Source: Eledone cirrhosa
Taxonomy: Eukaryota
Assembly (NCBI GenBank): GCA_964016885.1
Contig: OZ024741.1
Location: 206,708,001 to 206,772,000 of the forward strand
Length of the DNA: 64,000 nt
Reading direction: 5' to 3'
The position numbers and the translations under genes are program-made. Under the pieces are notes generated by a model. The model was given only the letters and a program-made list of their open reading frames with translations. It was not told the origin of the DNA and made no database searches. Positions within the stretch are counted from its first letter, which is position 1. Each line of letters begins with the position of its first letter. This document shows positions 51,418 through 64,000 of the stretch, in pieces.

Positions 51418-51864
51418 GAATAGACAAAATAAGTAAACTAATATTTTTTTATTATAACTTTTTCACCTACCTTATCTTTACTTAGTTTATAAGTAAATTA
51501 AATTTATTATATATTGATAAACTAGGCTATAATAAATACATCCTTTCTTATAATAATAGTTACGCCAATAGTTAATATTTTCCTCTATACGTATATTATC
51601 TACTTAAATATAATCGTTGAAATTATAAATTAGACCACGATAATTGCATCTCTTCCTTTGAACTAAATAATTTATCTCATAGCATTATAACCATATCAGT
51701 TATATAAAACAAGCCATACCAATTGTTAATATTCATATAATACCAATTTAAATTATACCTAAGCATAGATAATTTACCTTTGAATTTTGTGATCCTAATT
51801 TTTTTTCTCTATTATTTAGTTTCAATATTACTTTAGCATCCTAGAATATTTTTTCTTTGGTATA

Positions 51865-51917
<53 letters not shown>

Positions 51918-51925
51918 TGTGTGTA

Positions 51926-51977
<52 letters not shown>

Positions 51978-52082
51978 TGTGTGTGTGTGTGTGTTGGTAT
52001 AATATCTAAACTGACTAACGGTCAATTTAATTACGGCATATTTTAAATTTCAAATACGTTAAATCCAGAATTTTTCTCCCAC

Positions 52083-53965
52083 TCATACCAAATTGCATAC
52101 ATATATCATTGCTGAAAATACGGACAGTGTCAACAAGCCCATCCAACTCCTTCTCACTCTTCCCGAAGAGCTTAAGATCGTCCATGAAGAGAAGGTGATT
52201 GATGGTAAGGTCTCCTTTCCTAACTTGTATACTGCTATAACTTTTCGCAGTATAATGGTCAGGGTGATCAGGGCAAGGACAAACAACAGTGGGGATAAAC
52301 TATCTCCCTGGAAGTTACCTCTCTTGATGCTCACACCTCCCAAGGATTCTCCGCCCGAGGTTAACTCTGTTTTCCAGGACTTCATACTTTTGCCCAACAA
52401 CTGTCTGATGTTATCTGCCACCCTGAAGATCTCTATGTTTTGGTTATCCAAGAATGAGGTACCATATCGAATGCCTTTTTGTAGTCTATCCATCCCATGG
52501 CAAGACCAGTGTGTCTCCTCCTGTAATTCCTCATTACCATCTTATCATTAAGTAACTGGTCCTTTGTACCACGGGACTTCTTTCGGCATCCGTTCTGTTC
52601 GTCCGGTAACCAGTTGGTTAGTTTTCTGGCCTGCCCCTTAGGAGTTTCAACTCAGTTTGTTGGTGTGCCTGTTCACTAATCTCCTTTTGTACTGTCTCAA
52701 TCCACACTGCCTGATCATTATGTTCAACATCCTGCTCCCATATTTCTCTCCAGAATGTCTTAGTTTGTTCCGCCTCATGGATCAAGTCGTTGCCTCTTTC
52801 ATCCCCTTCAAGCTGTCCAAACAACATCTTCTGGTTATCAAACATGCGGTTCTGTCTATACTGACTGACTCTGCTCTCGTATCGCCTAATCTTTGCGCTC
52901 TTTGCTACAATGCGTTGCTTCAGTTCCTCTATGATAATATTTAGCTTTTTCCTCCTAGATTTGTACTTTATTTCCAGTCTATTTTTAGTGTCTATGTTTT
53001 TTAGTGTCCCATTCAGTAGGGATTCAAGTTTTCCAATATCATTTCTCATTTCCCTGATTTGACCATTCAGACATTTCTTCCACCAAGGTTCTGATCTTTC
53101 TTGTTTGTTGTTTCCACTCGCTTTTATGCCAAGTAATTTCCTCACCGCATTTGCTGTTGCTTTGAGAATATTGTTGCACTGGTGAAGGTTCCTCGCCTCA
53201 AGGTATGGATGACTTTGTTTACCTTAGCTGCTGTTTCTTTTAACTTGTATCTGTCTACAAATCTTAGGTTCATAAGTTTCTCACTATCATTGTTCATTTC
53301 ATCTACCACTAAGTTTAGGATATCAACCAAATCTTGTCCTAGCCCGTCAGCATTCATCTCCTCAATGGCGGTATCTTTGTTCCAGGTATTTATTTCAGCA
53401 TTCAGATCATTGTCTGCTTCGGATGCTTCCCCCGTTCTCTCAACCTCTTCACCTTCATCTCCCACTGGCTCGTTTGCCTAGCATACTCCACTCTCCATTT
53501 CCATTCTAATCTCTCTGTTGAGTTCCTCCACTTCCAGCTCGCTTATCCACCCATTAGTTGTTATTACCCGAGCCTGCCCGGCCAATTTTTATTCATCTAA
53601 TTTAAATAAACCAATCTCGTTCCAGATGCTATGCATCCGTTTCCTATAGCCTTTTTCGTTGGGGATACTCTTCAGATAACATTGCATAACAGTTCTATTC
53701 AATTCTTTCGTCCAGATCTGGTCCCTTTACTTCTTCTTCTTCCTCCAACACCAGCGGTATTTGGATGACAGCCAGATCCCTACTGCTGGGCAAGGGAGCA
53801 CCTGCTGGGTGAGAGTCTGTCACGTGACATTCCAGTCTCCACTTCACCGTTATTCGAACTGTTTAGGTTCGACATTTAAACACTCATATCGAGGATTGTT
53901 GAATGTATGGTTACATAACCACCGGTGATTTCATCACCCCCAGTGATTTGATCACGCCTGGTGAT
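52083..53965 (-). mobile_element. R4/Dong family C, copy 1 (3' truncated, internal deletion)
   Basis: colinear with 59830-61955; ATG at 53875; preceded on the minus strand by (TAA)n. Confidence 0.88.
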
Positions 53966-53975
53966 TTATTTTTTA

Positions 53976-54011
<36 letters not shown>

Positions 54012-54013
<2 letters not shown>

Positions 54014-57000
54014 ATAGTTGCATTTATCTTGCTTTATGTTCATACGAGTTATCACCAAGTCACAACCAGTGACCTCAAGAGACAACGAGGGCCGCCATGT
54101 TCAAGAAAGAACATACATACACACACATGCATATTTAGGTGTTTAGACTTGTGATGTACTTATATTGACAGAATCTTCCTTAGTGTATGGGCAGTTCCCA
54201 TTATACTATCTTTTGTATTTCTCCTATACGCGGGTTTCCTGGCATTTGCGATTAGGTATCATTCCTAGAGCGCCTACAACCACTGGTATTGTTTTAGTTC
54301 TCAATTTCCACATTTTTCCAATTTCTATCTCCAGGTCCTTATACTTGCTCAATTGTTCAAATGTTTTTATAGATACATTCTTGTCTATTGGAACGGACAT
54401 ATCAATTAGCAGGCATACCCTCCTTTTAAAGTCCTTCAGTATTATTTCAGGTCTATTTGCATTTATTTTACGGTCTGTTTGGATGCTAAAGTTCCACAAG
54501 ATTGAGATGTGATGTGTTTCAAGTATGGGAGGTGGTTGATGCTCCCACCTATTCTTTTGATGAGGCAGGTCAAAATGCTTACACATTATCCAATGTATGT
54601 ATTGTGCAGCTCTGTCATGCCTGTTTAGGTATTCGGTTGGAGCTGTAGGACTGCACATTGAAATTATATGATCAATGGTCTCTGGTTGTTTTTTACATAC
54701 ACGGCATAATGGGTTGCATCCATTTCTTATTATATTGGCTTGGTAATTTTTTGTTGGAAGACACTGATCTTGTGCTGATATAATCAGTCCTTCAGTCTCA
54801 GATTTCAGTCCAGAGGATGCCAACCACTATATGGGTTAAAGTTTTGTCAACATCAGGATTGTTAGCTCTTTCTGGGTATTTTCCATACAGAGGCTGTTCT
54901 TGCCATTTCTTAGCCAGTTTCCGTAGCAGTTCTTTCTTTGCAGTTACTTTTACCTGCTTTGCTTTTTCTGTTTTCCATTTCAGCAGTAAATGGGACTTCT
55001 GAAATTTGTAGTCCATTACTGTATCTTTGTGCATCTTTTGTAATGGAATATGATCTTTTAATGCTTTCGTGTTTCAAAACTAGTTTGATCATCCAATCAT
55101 GTGATTCCCTTAGATATGTAGATAATCCAATTGTTGCAGTTTTCAACGCAATATCTAACTGGATTAACCCACGTCCTCCTTCTTTCCTAAGGAGATATAT
55201 TCTATCTGTATCTGCCTTAGAGTGATGCATTCTGTGCATGGTTAAGAATTTTTTAATTTTTGTATCGAGCCTACGGATCTCTGTGCTTGACCAGTTGATG
55301 ACATTGTAAGTGTAGGTTACTTCTTGTTTTAGCTAGCGTGTTTATGGCATCGATCCTATTCCTTGCATTCAATTCCGTTCTTAAGATTGCTCTTACTCTG
55401 CGGTAACATTCCTTCCTTATCCTTTCCGTCATTGTCGAGTGCTTGATTCCGTCTGCTTCACAAACACCTACATATTTGTAAGGTTCCTCTTGATCAAGTT
55501 CTCTTATCACATTCCCCCGATCAAGATTAATGTCTGAACTTTACAGCCGCTTTCCTCTGGTGAACGTTGCTTTGGCGCATTTACCTAGTCCAAACTACAT
55601 TTTAATGTCATCACTGAACTGCTCCACAGTGGATAATAGCTCTTGCAATTGTTCATCATTTTTTGCAAATAGTTTCAGGTCATCCATGTAGAATAAGTTA
55701 TTATTGGTTTTGTCATAGACTTTATATCCATGTTTTGTTTCATTGAGCCTTTTACTTAATATTAACTTCTCCAGCTTCCAGTGATTTTGTTTCACTATTC
55801 AAAAGGAGTGTCGTTTTCCATGTCTTCATACTGAATGACAAAAACCTCCTGACAACGGGAGATAATTTGAAAATATCTAAACATTTTTCAATCCAACTGT
55901 GTGGCAAACTATCGAATGCTTTTCATAATCTATCCAAGCAATTGATAGATTTTTGTGTCTATTATGACTATCTTCCTGTATCATTTTGTTAACCAAAAGC
56001 TGATCCTTACAGCCATATGAGCCTCGTTTACACTCTTTCTGCTCATTGGAAAATAGGTCATTTGTTATCAGGTGGTCAAAAGTGTATTCAGTTAGGACTA
56101 ATGTTAAAATTTTATACATTGTGGTCAAGCAAGTTATCGGTCTGTAATTTTTGGGATTGTTTGTCTCATCACTCCGCTAACTAGCCATGATGGTAACTTT
56201 TCTGGCTCCTTAACTATTTCATTGTAAAGTTGGGCTAACAGTTCATGAGACTCTGTGAAGGCATTTATCCAAAAATTTGGTATTTTGTCTTTTCCTGGGG
56301 ATTTCCATTTGCTGGTTTTTCTAAAAGCCAAACGCAACTGTTCAACTGTTATATTTTCCCATATTTGTTCCTGAAGGTGAGCTGTATCTTTCATTTGTCT
56401 CTCTATCCATGGGGCATGTATATTATGAACTTTTTCTTCGGCCCAGATCTTTTCCCAGAATTCTTGCACTTCCTCCTTGGGTGGTATTGATTTAGCAGTT
56501 ATTGTTGACTTGCCAATTTTTCTGTAGAAATTTCTGTGGTTGTTTTTGAACATATTATTGTCCTTATAGAATCTAGATCGTTTTTCAAAGCGCCTTATAC
56601 GAGCAGCTTTGGCCGACACTTTTTGCTTGATTATTTCTATCAGCATGTCTATGACACATGTTGATTTTATACTGAGTTTCATCTTGAGCATGCACTCTCT
56701 CCACTTTTTCGATCCTTTCTTTAATTTGTTCTGTTGTCAATGATTCCGCCCCAACCCCGGGATTCGAAGTGTTACAATTTACCTCGTTTTCACTGACACA
56801 TATTTCATTTTCCCTTCGCTGACTTTCTGCTAATAAGTTGATCTGATCAATTTCTATATCAGTTAGTAACTTTTTTTTAATAATATTTCTTCGTATATTG
56901 GCTAGTTTGTTACTGTCAATATAGCCTCTGTTTTTGGGATGTTTCTTTTTTCTAGTTGATATATGTCTGTTCAGTATTCGATCTATTTGATGGGTAGTAC

Positions 57001-57412
57001 ATGGCATTGTAGAAAGCCTCAAGGACTTCTTTATTATCTTCCCTTGACCATTTTTCTCTCTTTTTCTTTGGATTTCTTGGTGGTGAGCATGGAGGGCCAA
57101 CAGTAGGAGTATTCCGGTTATGGGAGGTCTCCAGCTCCGAAGTGATGGGAAGGTTTGAACCATTAGCTGATTTTTCGACCCCAGTCTGGTTCCTCCCTGA
57201 GGGACGCGTCCCTTTTGACCCGGGTGACGGCCGATCCGGTAGGAGATTTTATCATTTGACATCTACTTTATTTTGTCGCGTTTTATCCTTATCCGCCAAG
57301 GGGTAATCATTTCGTGTTACCACTTCTAGGACGAGTGTCAATCAAGACTAGAGGGGTCGTCCTCCCCTAGAGACACGGCTATTCCCCGCCGGCCGCCATC
57401 CCGGTATTTCTT
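54012..57412 (-). mobile_element. R4/Dong family D, copy 1 (near full length, decayed)
   Basis: [54 protein letters not shown]; (TAA)n tail 53978-54011. Confidence 0.9.
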
Positions 57413-57744
57413 GTCACGTGGCTTTCTTTTTTGTTGTTTTTTAAATTGCTATTATCATGAGTGGTTCCTTAATGTGAGCATTGCGTGGATTAAGAATGAA
57501 ATTATTATTAATAATATAGTATACTTTTTGCTGAAGTTGCCTGTTATTGTTGTTAGCTATGTCGATGGTGGTGCTGGGGCTTTTTCTATTGTTGGTGGGG
57601 AAGGGGGGAGCCAGCAGTGCCATAGTCGTTGACGTTTGACCGAGTCACTAAGTCAATCTACTTATATCTTTTGCTAGCTTCTCCTTTGTCTAGTGATACC
57701 GCCACTTTCCCCTTTCTTAAGTAAACAGAAGGTAATGGGGGAAT

Positions 57745-58370
57745 AGTGGTGGTAGCAATGAAGTAATGGTGGCGGCGGTGATCGGATAGTGGTGGCGGCA
57801 GTGACTATAGTGATGGCGTTGTCGTTACTGAGTTTTGTTAAATAGACTGTAGTAGTATGCGTTTGTTTGATCTGTGTATCTATTCGGTTTGTCGCGTATG
57901 TTTAATATGTGTTCACATATTTCCTTAATATTTGAATTAAACATTTTGAGAAAACTTGAGTTACAATAATAGTAATTATTATTATTATGCTGGGATTGGT
58001 GGTGGTGAAATTGCCGTTATCTAGCTGTTGTATTTAGTGTACACAAAGGGGTGATGGGATAGGTGGTGTATCTAGTTCGTGGTGTTGGTGAAATTGCTGT
58101 AATTTGGTTGTTCTATATAATGTAGACAGAGGGGTTTTCTTCCATTTATAACCATTTTCTTTTTTTAATATAAAATTCATAATACAAAATTGAATATTTG
58201 AGCGATATAACAGGATATTATGGATCCGAATTTTCTGAGAGTTGAGTCTGGTGCTTTATGTATCATTTGTACTAAGAATTGTTATATCACAATTGTTTTA
58301 AATATGTTAAAATTCAAAATATTACGGGAGCGATTTCGTACCATTCTATCCACCACGTGTGTCTTCTTCC
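57745..58370. repeat. non-coding repeat unit X, copy 1
   Basis: homologous to 62609-63168; both end GTCTTCTTCCC followed by (TTA)n. Confidence 0.8.
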
Positions 58371-58420
58371 CTTATTATTATTATTATTATTATTATTATT
58401 AGTATTATTGTTATTGTTAT

Positions 58421-61400
58421 TCCTTGAATCTCAGTCATTGATGTTGGTTAACTGGAAAGTCCGTTGGATTGAATATCAAGCCACTACCTGCAGCCTCAGA
58501 TATTCAGGACGTATCGGAGGGTTCTTGCCGTTCCAAGCAAGCATGCCTTTTGAAGCGTTCCAAAAAGCGTGAAGGGGCCGATTTTCTTTAACCATCCCTG
58601 GAAACCTTTGGAGATAGTCCCCAGTGCGCCTATGACAATCGAGATCACTTTGACTTCATGGCAGTTCCAAATCCTTTTTACCTCCCACTTTAAGTCCTGG
58701 TATCGGTTAATTTTCTCCCTCTCCTTCTCTTGCACTCCCGTGTCGAATGGGCAGACCACATCCATAATCAGACACGATCTTTTTTCTTTGTCCACAACCA
58801 CCAGGTCAGGTCTATTATGTTCCAGTTTCTTGTCCGTCTGTATCCTAAAATCCCACAGCACCTTCATCTGATCGTTCTCCATCACCGACTCTGGCCTATG
58901 CTCATACCATTTCTCAGAATGTGGTAAATTGTTTACTTTGCACAGGTGCCAGTGGATCACCCTGTCCATCACATCATGTCTCCAGCCCTTATAGTGGGTC
59001 TGGGCTAGGTGTTTACACTCGGATACAATGTGAGCCACAGTCTCCTCTCTCTCTCCACAGATCCTGCACAGTGGGCTAGCCTCATCCTTGTAAATATGGT
59101 GTTTCAACCACTTCGTTTTGAGGGCCTGCTCCTGCGCAGCCATTAACATTCCTTCCTTAGCCTTTTTAAGGTCTCCTCTTCTCAACCAGTTCCATGTCTG
59201 TGGATCTCTAAATTCAGTTTTCTCAAAGAAGGTACTATGAAGGGATTTTCCCAGAAGGCTGCTCTTTCTCCTTGATGTTATTTCCTCCTTGGACATCCCC
59301 TGGCCTACTGTCCCCTCCTTCAGTACAGTTCTGAGCATTGGCTCCTTACTATCAGTCACGTATTTGTATAGGTTGTTTTTCTCCATCTGAACACAGTCCT
59401 CTATGCTGATAAGACCTCTTCCACCCTCAGATCTCCTTAGGTAGAGTCTATCGACATCACTCCTCTTGTGGAACATGTTGTAGATAGTCAATAGCTTCCT
59501 AGTCTTCCTATCCATTTCTTTTTGTTCAGCAACATTCCATCTCAGAATTCCCGCACTGTACCTAATAATAGACACAGCTCGGGAATTTACTGCGCTTATG
59601 GCATTTCTGCTGTTCAGATGTGACTTCAATACGCTCCTTACTCTCCGAATGTATTCAGTTCTTAACAATTCCTTCATTTTTTTGTTCTTTATGCCATCAG
59701 CCTCCAGAACGCCCAAAAACTTGTATCCTTCCTCAGAGTCAATTTCCTCTATCATCTCACCTGTTGGTATCTGGATTCCGTTACTTCTGCTCAACCTACC
59801 CCTCCTCATCACAATGACTCCACACTTACTAATACCAAACTGCATACATATATCACTGCTGAAAATACGGACAGTGTCAACAAGCACATCCAACTCCTTC
59901 TCACTCTTCCCGAAGAGCTTAAGATCGTCCATGAAGAGGAGGTGATTAATGGTAAGCTCTCCCTTTCCCAACTTGTATCCTGCTCTCACTTTTCGCAGCA
60001 TAATGGTCAAGGGCATCATGGCAAGGACAAACAACAGAGGGGACAGGCTATCTCCCTGGAAGATACCTCTCTTGATCTTCACGCTTCCCAAGGATTCTCC
60101 AGTTGATGTCAACTCTGTCTCCCAGGACCCCATACTCCTGCCCAGCAACTGTCTGATGTTATCTGCCACCCTGAAGATCTCCAGGCTTTTGGAGATCCAA
60201 GAGTGAGGCACCATGTCAAATGCCTTTCTGTAGTCTGTCCATCCCATGGCAAGATCAGTGTGTCTCCTCCTGCAATTCCCCATTACCATCTTATCAATAA
60301 GTAACTGGTCCTTTGTACCACGTGACTTCTTTCGGCATCCTTTCTGTTCGTCCGGTAATAAGTTGTTTGTGCGGAGGTGATGGTAGATTTCCTTAGACAT
60401 AATGCTCGTCAACAGTTTCCACATTACGGACAGACATGTGATAGGTCTATAGTTGGTAACATCATTACCCTTGATTCGGTCTTTCATTATCAGAACTGTG
60501 GTACCTTTTGTCAACCACTCTGGCACCTCACCCTACACCAAGCAGTCATTGAACATGGCCGTCAGTTTCGGGTGGAGGGATGTTAAATTTGTAATCCAAT
60601 ACCCCTGCACACCATCTGGGCCTGGTGATTTCCAGTTGGTTAGTTTTTTTGCCTGCCCCTTAAGAGTTTCAACTGTGATACTCAAATCAGTTTGTTGGTG
60701 TGCCTGCTCACCGATCTCCCTCTGTACTGTCTCAATCCACCCTGCCTGGTCATTATGTCTAACATCCTGCTCCCATATTCCTCTCCAGAATGTTTTAGTT
60801 TGTTCCGCCTCAGGGATCAAGTCGTTGCCTCTTTCTTTCCCCTCAAGCTGTCCAAACAGCATCTTCTGATTCTTGTCGAACATGCGGTTCTGTTTATACT
60901 GACTGACTCTGTTCTCGTATCGCCTGATTTTTGCACTCTTTGCTACAATGCGTTGCTTCAGTTCCTCTATGAAAATATTTAGCTTTTTCCTCCTAGTTTT
61001 GTACTTTATTTCCAGTCTATTTTTAGTGCCTATGTTTTTTAGTGTCCCATTCTGTAGTGACTCAAGCTTTCCTATGTCATTTCTCATTTCCTTGATTTGA
61101 CCACTCAGTCGTTTCTTCCACCAAGGCTCTGCTCTTTCTTGTCTGTTGCTTCCTCTCGCTTTTATACCAAGTAGTTTCCTCACCGTATTTGCTGTTGCTT
61201 TGAGCATATTGTTGCACTGGTGAAGGCTCCTCGCCTCAAGGTATGGGATGACTTTGTTTACCTTAGCTGTTGTTTCTTTTAACTTTTTCCTGTCTACAAA
61301 TCTTAGATTCATAGGTGTCCCACTATCATTGTTCAATTCATCTACCACTAAATTTAGGATGTCAACCGAATCTTGTCCTAGCCCGTCAGCATTCATCTCC

Positions 61401-62040
61401 TCAGTGGCCGTATCTCTGTTCCAGGTATTATTTATCTCAGTATTCAGATCATTGTCTGCTTCGGGTGGTTCCTCCGTTCTCTCGACCTCTTCACCTTCAT
61501 TTCCCACTGGCTCGTTTGTCTGGCATACTACACCCTCCGTCTCCAAGCTATTCTCTCTGCTCAGTTCCTCCAGTTCCAGCTCGCTTATCCACCCATTAGT
61601 TCTTATTACCCGAGCCTGCCCGGCCAATTTTTGTTCATCTAATTTAAATAGACCAATCTCGTTCCAGATGTTATGCATCCGTCTCCTATAGCCCCTCTCC
61701 TTGGGGTTACTTTTCAGGTAACATTGCATAACAGTTCTATTCAATTCTTTCGTCCAGTTGGTTCTGGCCCCTTTCCTTCTTCTTCTTCCTCCAACACCAG
61801 CAGTATTTGGTTGACAGTCAGGTTCCTGCTGCTGAGCCAGGGAGCACCTGTTGGGTGAGAGTCTGTCACATGACGTTCTAGTCTCCATTTCACCGTTATT
61901 CGAACTGTTTAGGTTCGATATTTAAACACTCTTATCGAGGATTGGCGAATGTATGGTTACATAGCCATCTGTGGATTCACCGTTTCCGGTGGTTGCGCCG
62001 TTCCATTTGGCACTTGTGTGGCATTATCACCACGCTGTAG
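58421..62040 (-). mobile_element. R4/Dong family C, copy 2, full length
   Basis: single long reading frame with one stop; (TAA)n tail 58371-58420. Confidence 0.93.
58496..61888 (-). pseudogene. R4 ORF (Myb-like N-terminus, RT, CCHC, RLE), about 1130 codons, one in-frame TAG at 60533-60535
   Basis: RTNWTKELN..YRRRMHNIW; WKSPGPDG; NYRPITCL; FQGDSLSP; FMDDLKLF; [18 protein letters not shown]; RHD; HNRPDL..D..P.D..EK..RY. Confidence 0.92.
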
Positions 62041-62608
62041 ACGAACACAAATAAACAAACAAACACACAGGCATAAAAAAACCCAAAAATGAATAAGCAT
62101 AAGTTTCATTGTAATGTAGTGTTCGAATGTCTGACTTAGTTTTTCCTTTCTCTTCTCTGTCCATCCGCTTGTTTCTCTCTTCATTCTTATTTTCTTTACG
62201 TTTTTTTTTGTTTTTTTTGTTTTTTTGCTTTTTTTTGTTTTTTGTTTTTGTTTTTCTCTGTTTGTTTTTCTTGTTTTTTGCTGTTGTTGCTGTGCTGTTT
62301 TGGTTTTGATGTTTGTTTTTTCTTTTTTCTTTTGAGTCTATCTATATATTTTGATGCCTTCCTCTTTTTTAGTAAGAATTCTATAATGTGGTGGCAGCAA
62401 CTAGCAGAAGCAATGGGAGACAGTAGCGGCGGTAGCGATACTGAGACAGTGGTGGTGGTGATGTCGATACCGAGACAGTGGTGGTGGTGATGTGATCGTA
62501 TTATTGTAGTGATGGTGTTGTAGCGGTGTGAGCAATGAAGGAGTGGTGGGGGCGGTGATGGTGGGATAGTGGTAGTAATGATGGCAGCAGTGATGGTGTT
62601 GTTGTAGC

Positions 62609-63168
62609 GGTGGTAGCAATGAAGGACTGATGTCCGTTCGGTGAATCTATGGGGTTAGTCGCGTATATGTGTGTTGACCTAAATTCCCTTAATGTTGGGA
62701 TTAAACAGTTTGTTAAGACTTGGGACAATAATAATAGTATTTATTATTATCCTTATTATGTTAAGATTGGTTGTGGTGGTGGTGAAATTGCCGTTATCTG
62801 GCTGTTGTGTTTAGTGTACACAGAGAGGTGATGGGGTAGGTGGTGTATCTAGTTTCTGGTGTTGGTGAGATTGGTGTTGTTTGGCTGTTCTATATAGTGT
62901 AGACAGAGGAGGAGGGGGGGGGTCTTCTTCCATTTATAGCCATTTTCTGTTTTGAATATACAATGTACAATACAAAGTTGAATATTTGAATATTTGAGCC
63001 TTATAACAATATATTTTGGGTCCGAATTTTTTTGGGGCTCAAGCCGGGTGCTTTACGTAGCATTTGTACTAAGAGTTGTTATTTCACAAATGATTTAAAT
63101 ATGTTAAAAATTCAAAACTTACGGGAGCGATTTCATGACCTTCTACCACCTCGTGCGTCTTCTTCCCT
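62609..63168. repeat. non-coding repeat unit X, copy 2
   Basis: homologous to 57745-58370. Confidence 0.8.
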
Positions 63169-63191
63169 TTATTATTATTATTATTATTATT

Positions 63192-64000
63192 ACAGTTGCA
63201 TTTATCTTGCTTTATGTTCATACGAGTTATCACCAAGTCACAACCAGTGACCTCAAGAGACAACAAGGTCCGCCATGTTCAAGAAAGAACATACATATTC
63301 ACACATGCATCTTTAGTGTTTAGACTTGTGATGTACTTATATTGACAGAATCTTCCTTAGTATATGGGCAGTTCCCATTAATACTATCTTTTATATTTCC
63401 CCTATACGCGGGTTTCCTGGGATTTGCGATATGTAATCATTAGACCCCTTAGGTATCATTCCCAGAGCGCCTACAACCACTGGTATTGTTTTAGTTCTCA
63501 ATTTCCACATTTTTCCAATTTCTATCTCCAGGTCCTTATACTTGCTCAATTTTTCAAATGTTTTTATAGATACATTCTTGTCTATTGGAACAGACATATC
63601 AATTAGCAGGCATACCCTCTTTTGAAAGACTTTCAATATTATATCAGGTCTGTTTGCATCTATTTTTCGGTCTGTTTGGATGCTAAAGTTCCACAAGATT
63701 GAGATGTGATCTTTTTCAAGTATGGGAGGTGGTTGATGCTCCCACCAATTCTTTTGATGGGGCAGGTCAAAATGCTTACACATTATCCAATGTATGTATT
63801 GTGCAGCTCTGTCATGCCTGTTTAGGTATTCGGTTGGAGCTATAGGACTGCACATTGAAATTATATGGTCAATGGTCTCTGGTTGTTTTTTGCATACACG
63901 GCATATGGGCTGCACCCATTTTTTATTATGTTGGCTTGGTAATTTTTTGTTGGAGGACACTGATCTTGTGCCGATATAATCAGTCCTTCAGTCTCCGATT
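63192..64000 (-). mobile_element. R4/Dong family D, copy 2, 3' end (continues beyond window)
   Basis: CRVCKKQPETIDHIISMC, RHD, NRPDII..D..VP.D..EKLSKY; 3'UTR matches 54012-54200; (TAA)n tail. Confidence 0.9.

Noticed and set aside
61930-62050. HDV-like ribozyme at the 5' end of R4 copy C2
   Set aside because: Small hairpins are present but I could not assign P1, P2 and P3

Overview
Eukaryotic, AT-rich window made almost entirely of transposable elements and microsatellites; I found no convincing host gene. The tRNA-derived SINEs resemble those I recall from octopod cephalopods, so the host assignment is an inference. Contents: four Tx1/L1-clade LINE copies in two head-to-tail pairs, all ending in (TATC)n; six R4/Dong-type restriction-like-endonuclease (RLE) retrotransposon copies from three families, one bounded by (CATA)n and two by (TAA)n; two CRE-like RLE fragments; Penelope-like elements (two Naiad-type copies, two Neptune-type remnants) embedded in (TA)n; about ten intact or decayed hammerhead ribozyme (HHR) motifs, one converted into a perfect 47-bp-arm palindrome and one in a non-coding retrozyme-like unit; several SINEs with clear target-site duplications (TSDs); a complete non-autonomous Helitron; and foldback/MITE-like repeats. 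The main pattern is that each retroelement family sits in its own simple repeat and often re-inserts into the tail left by an earlier copy. All calls are by eye, without database searches.
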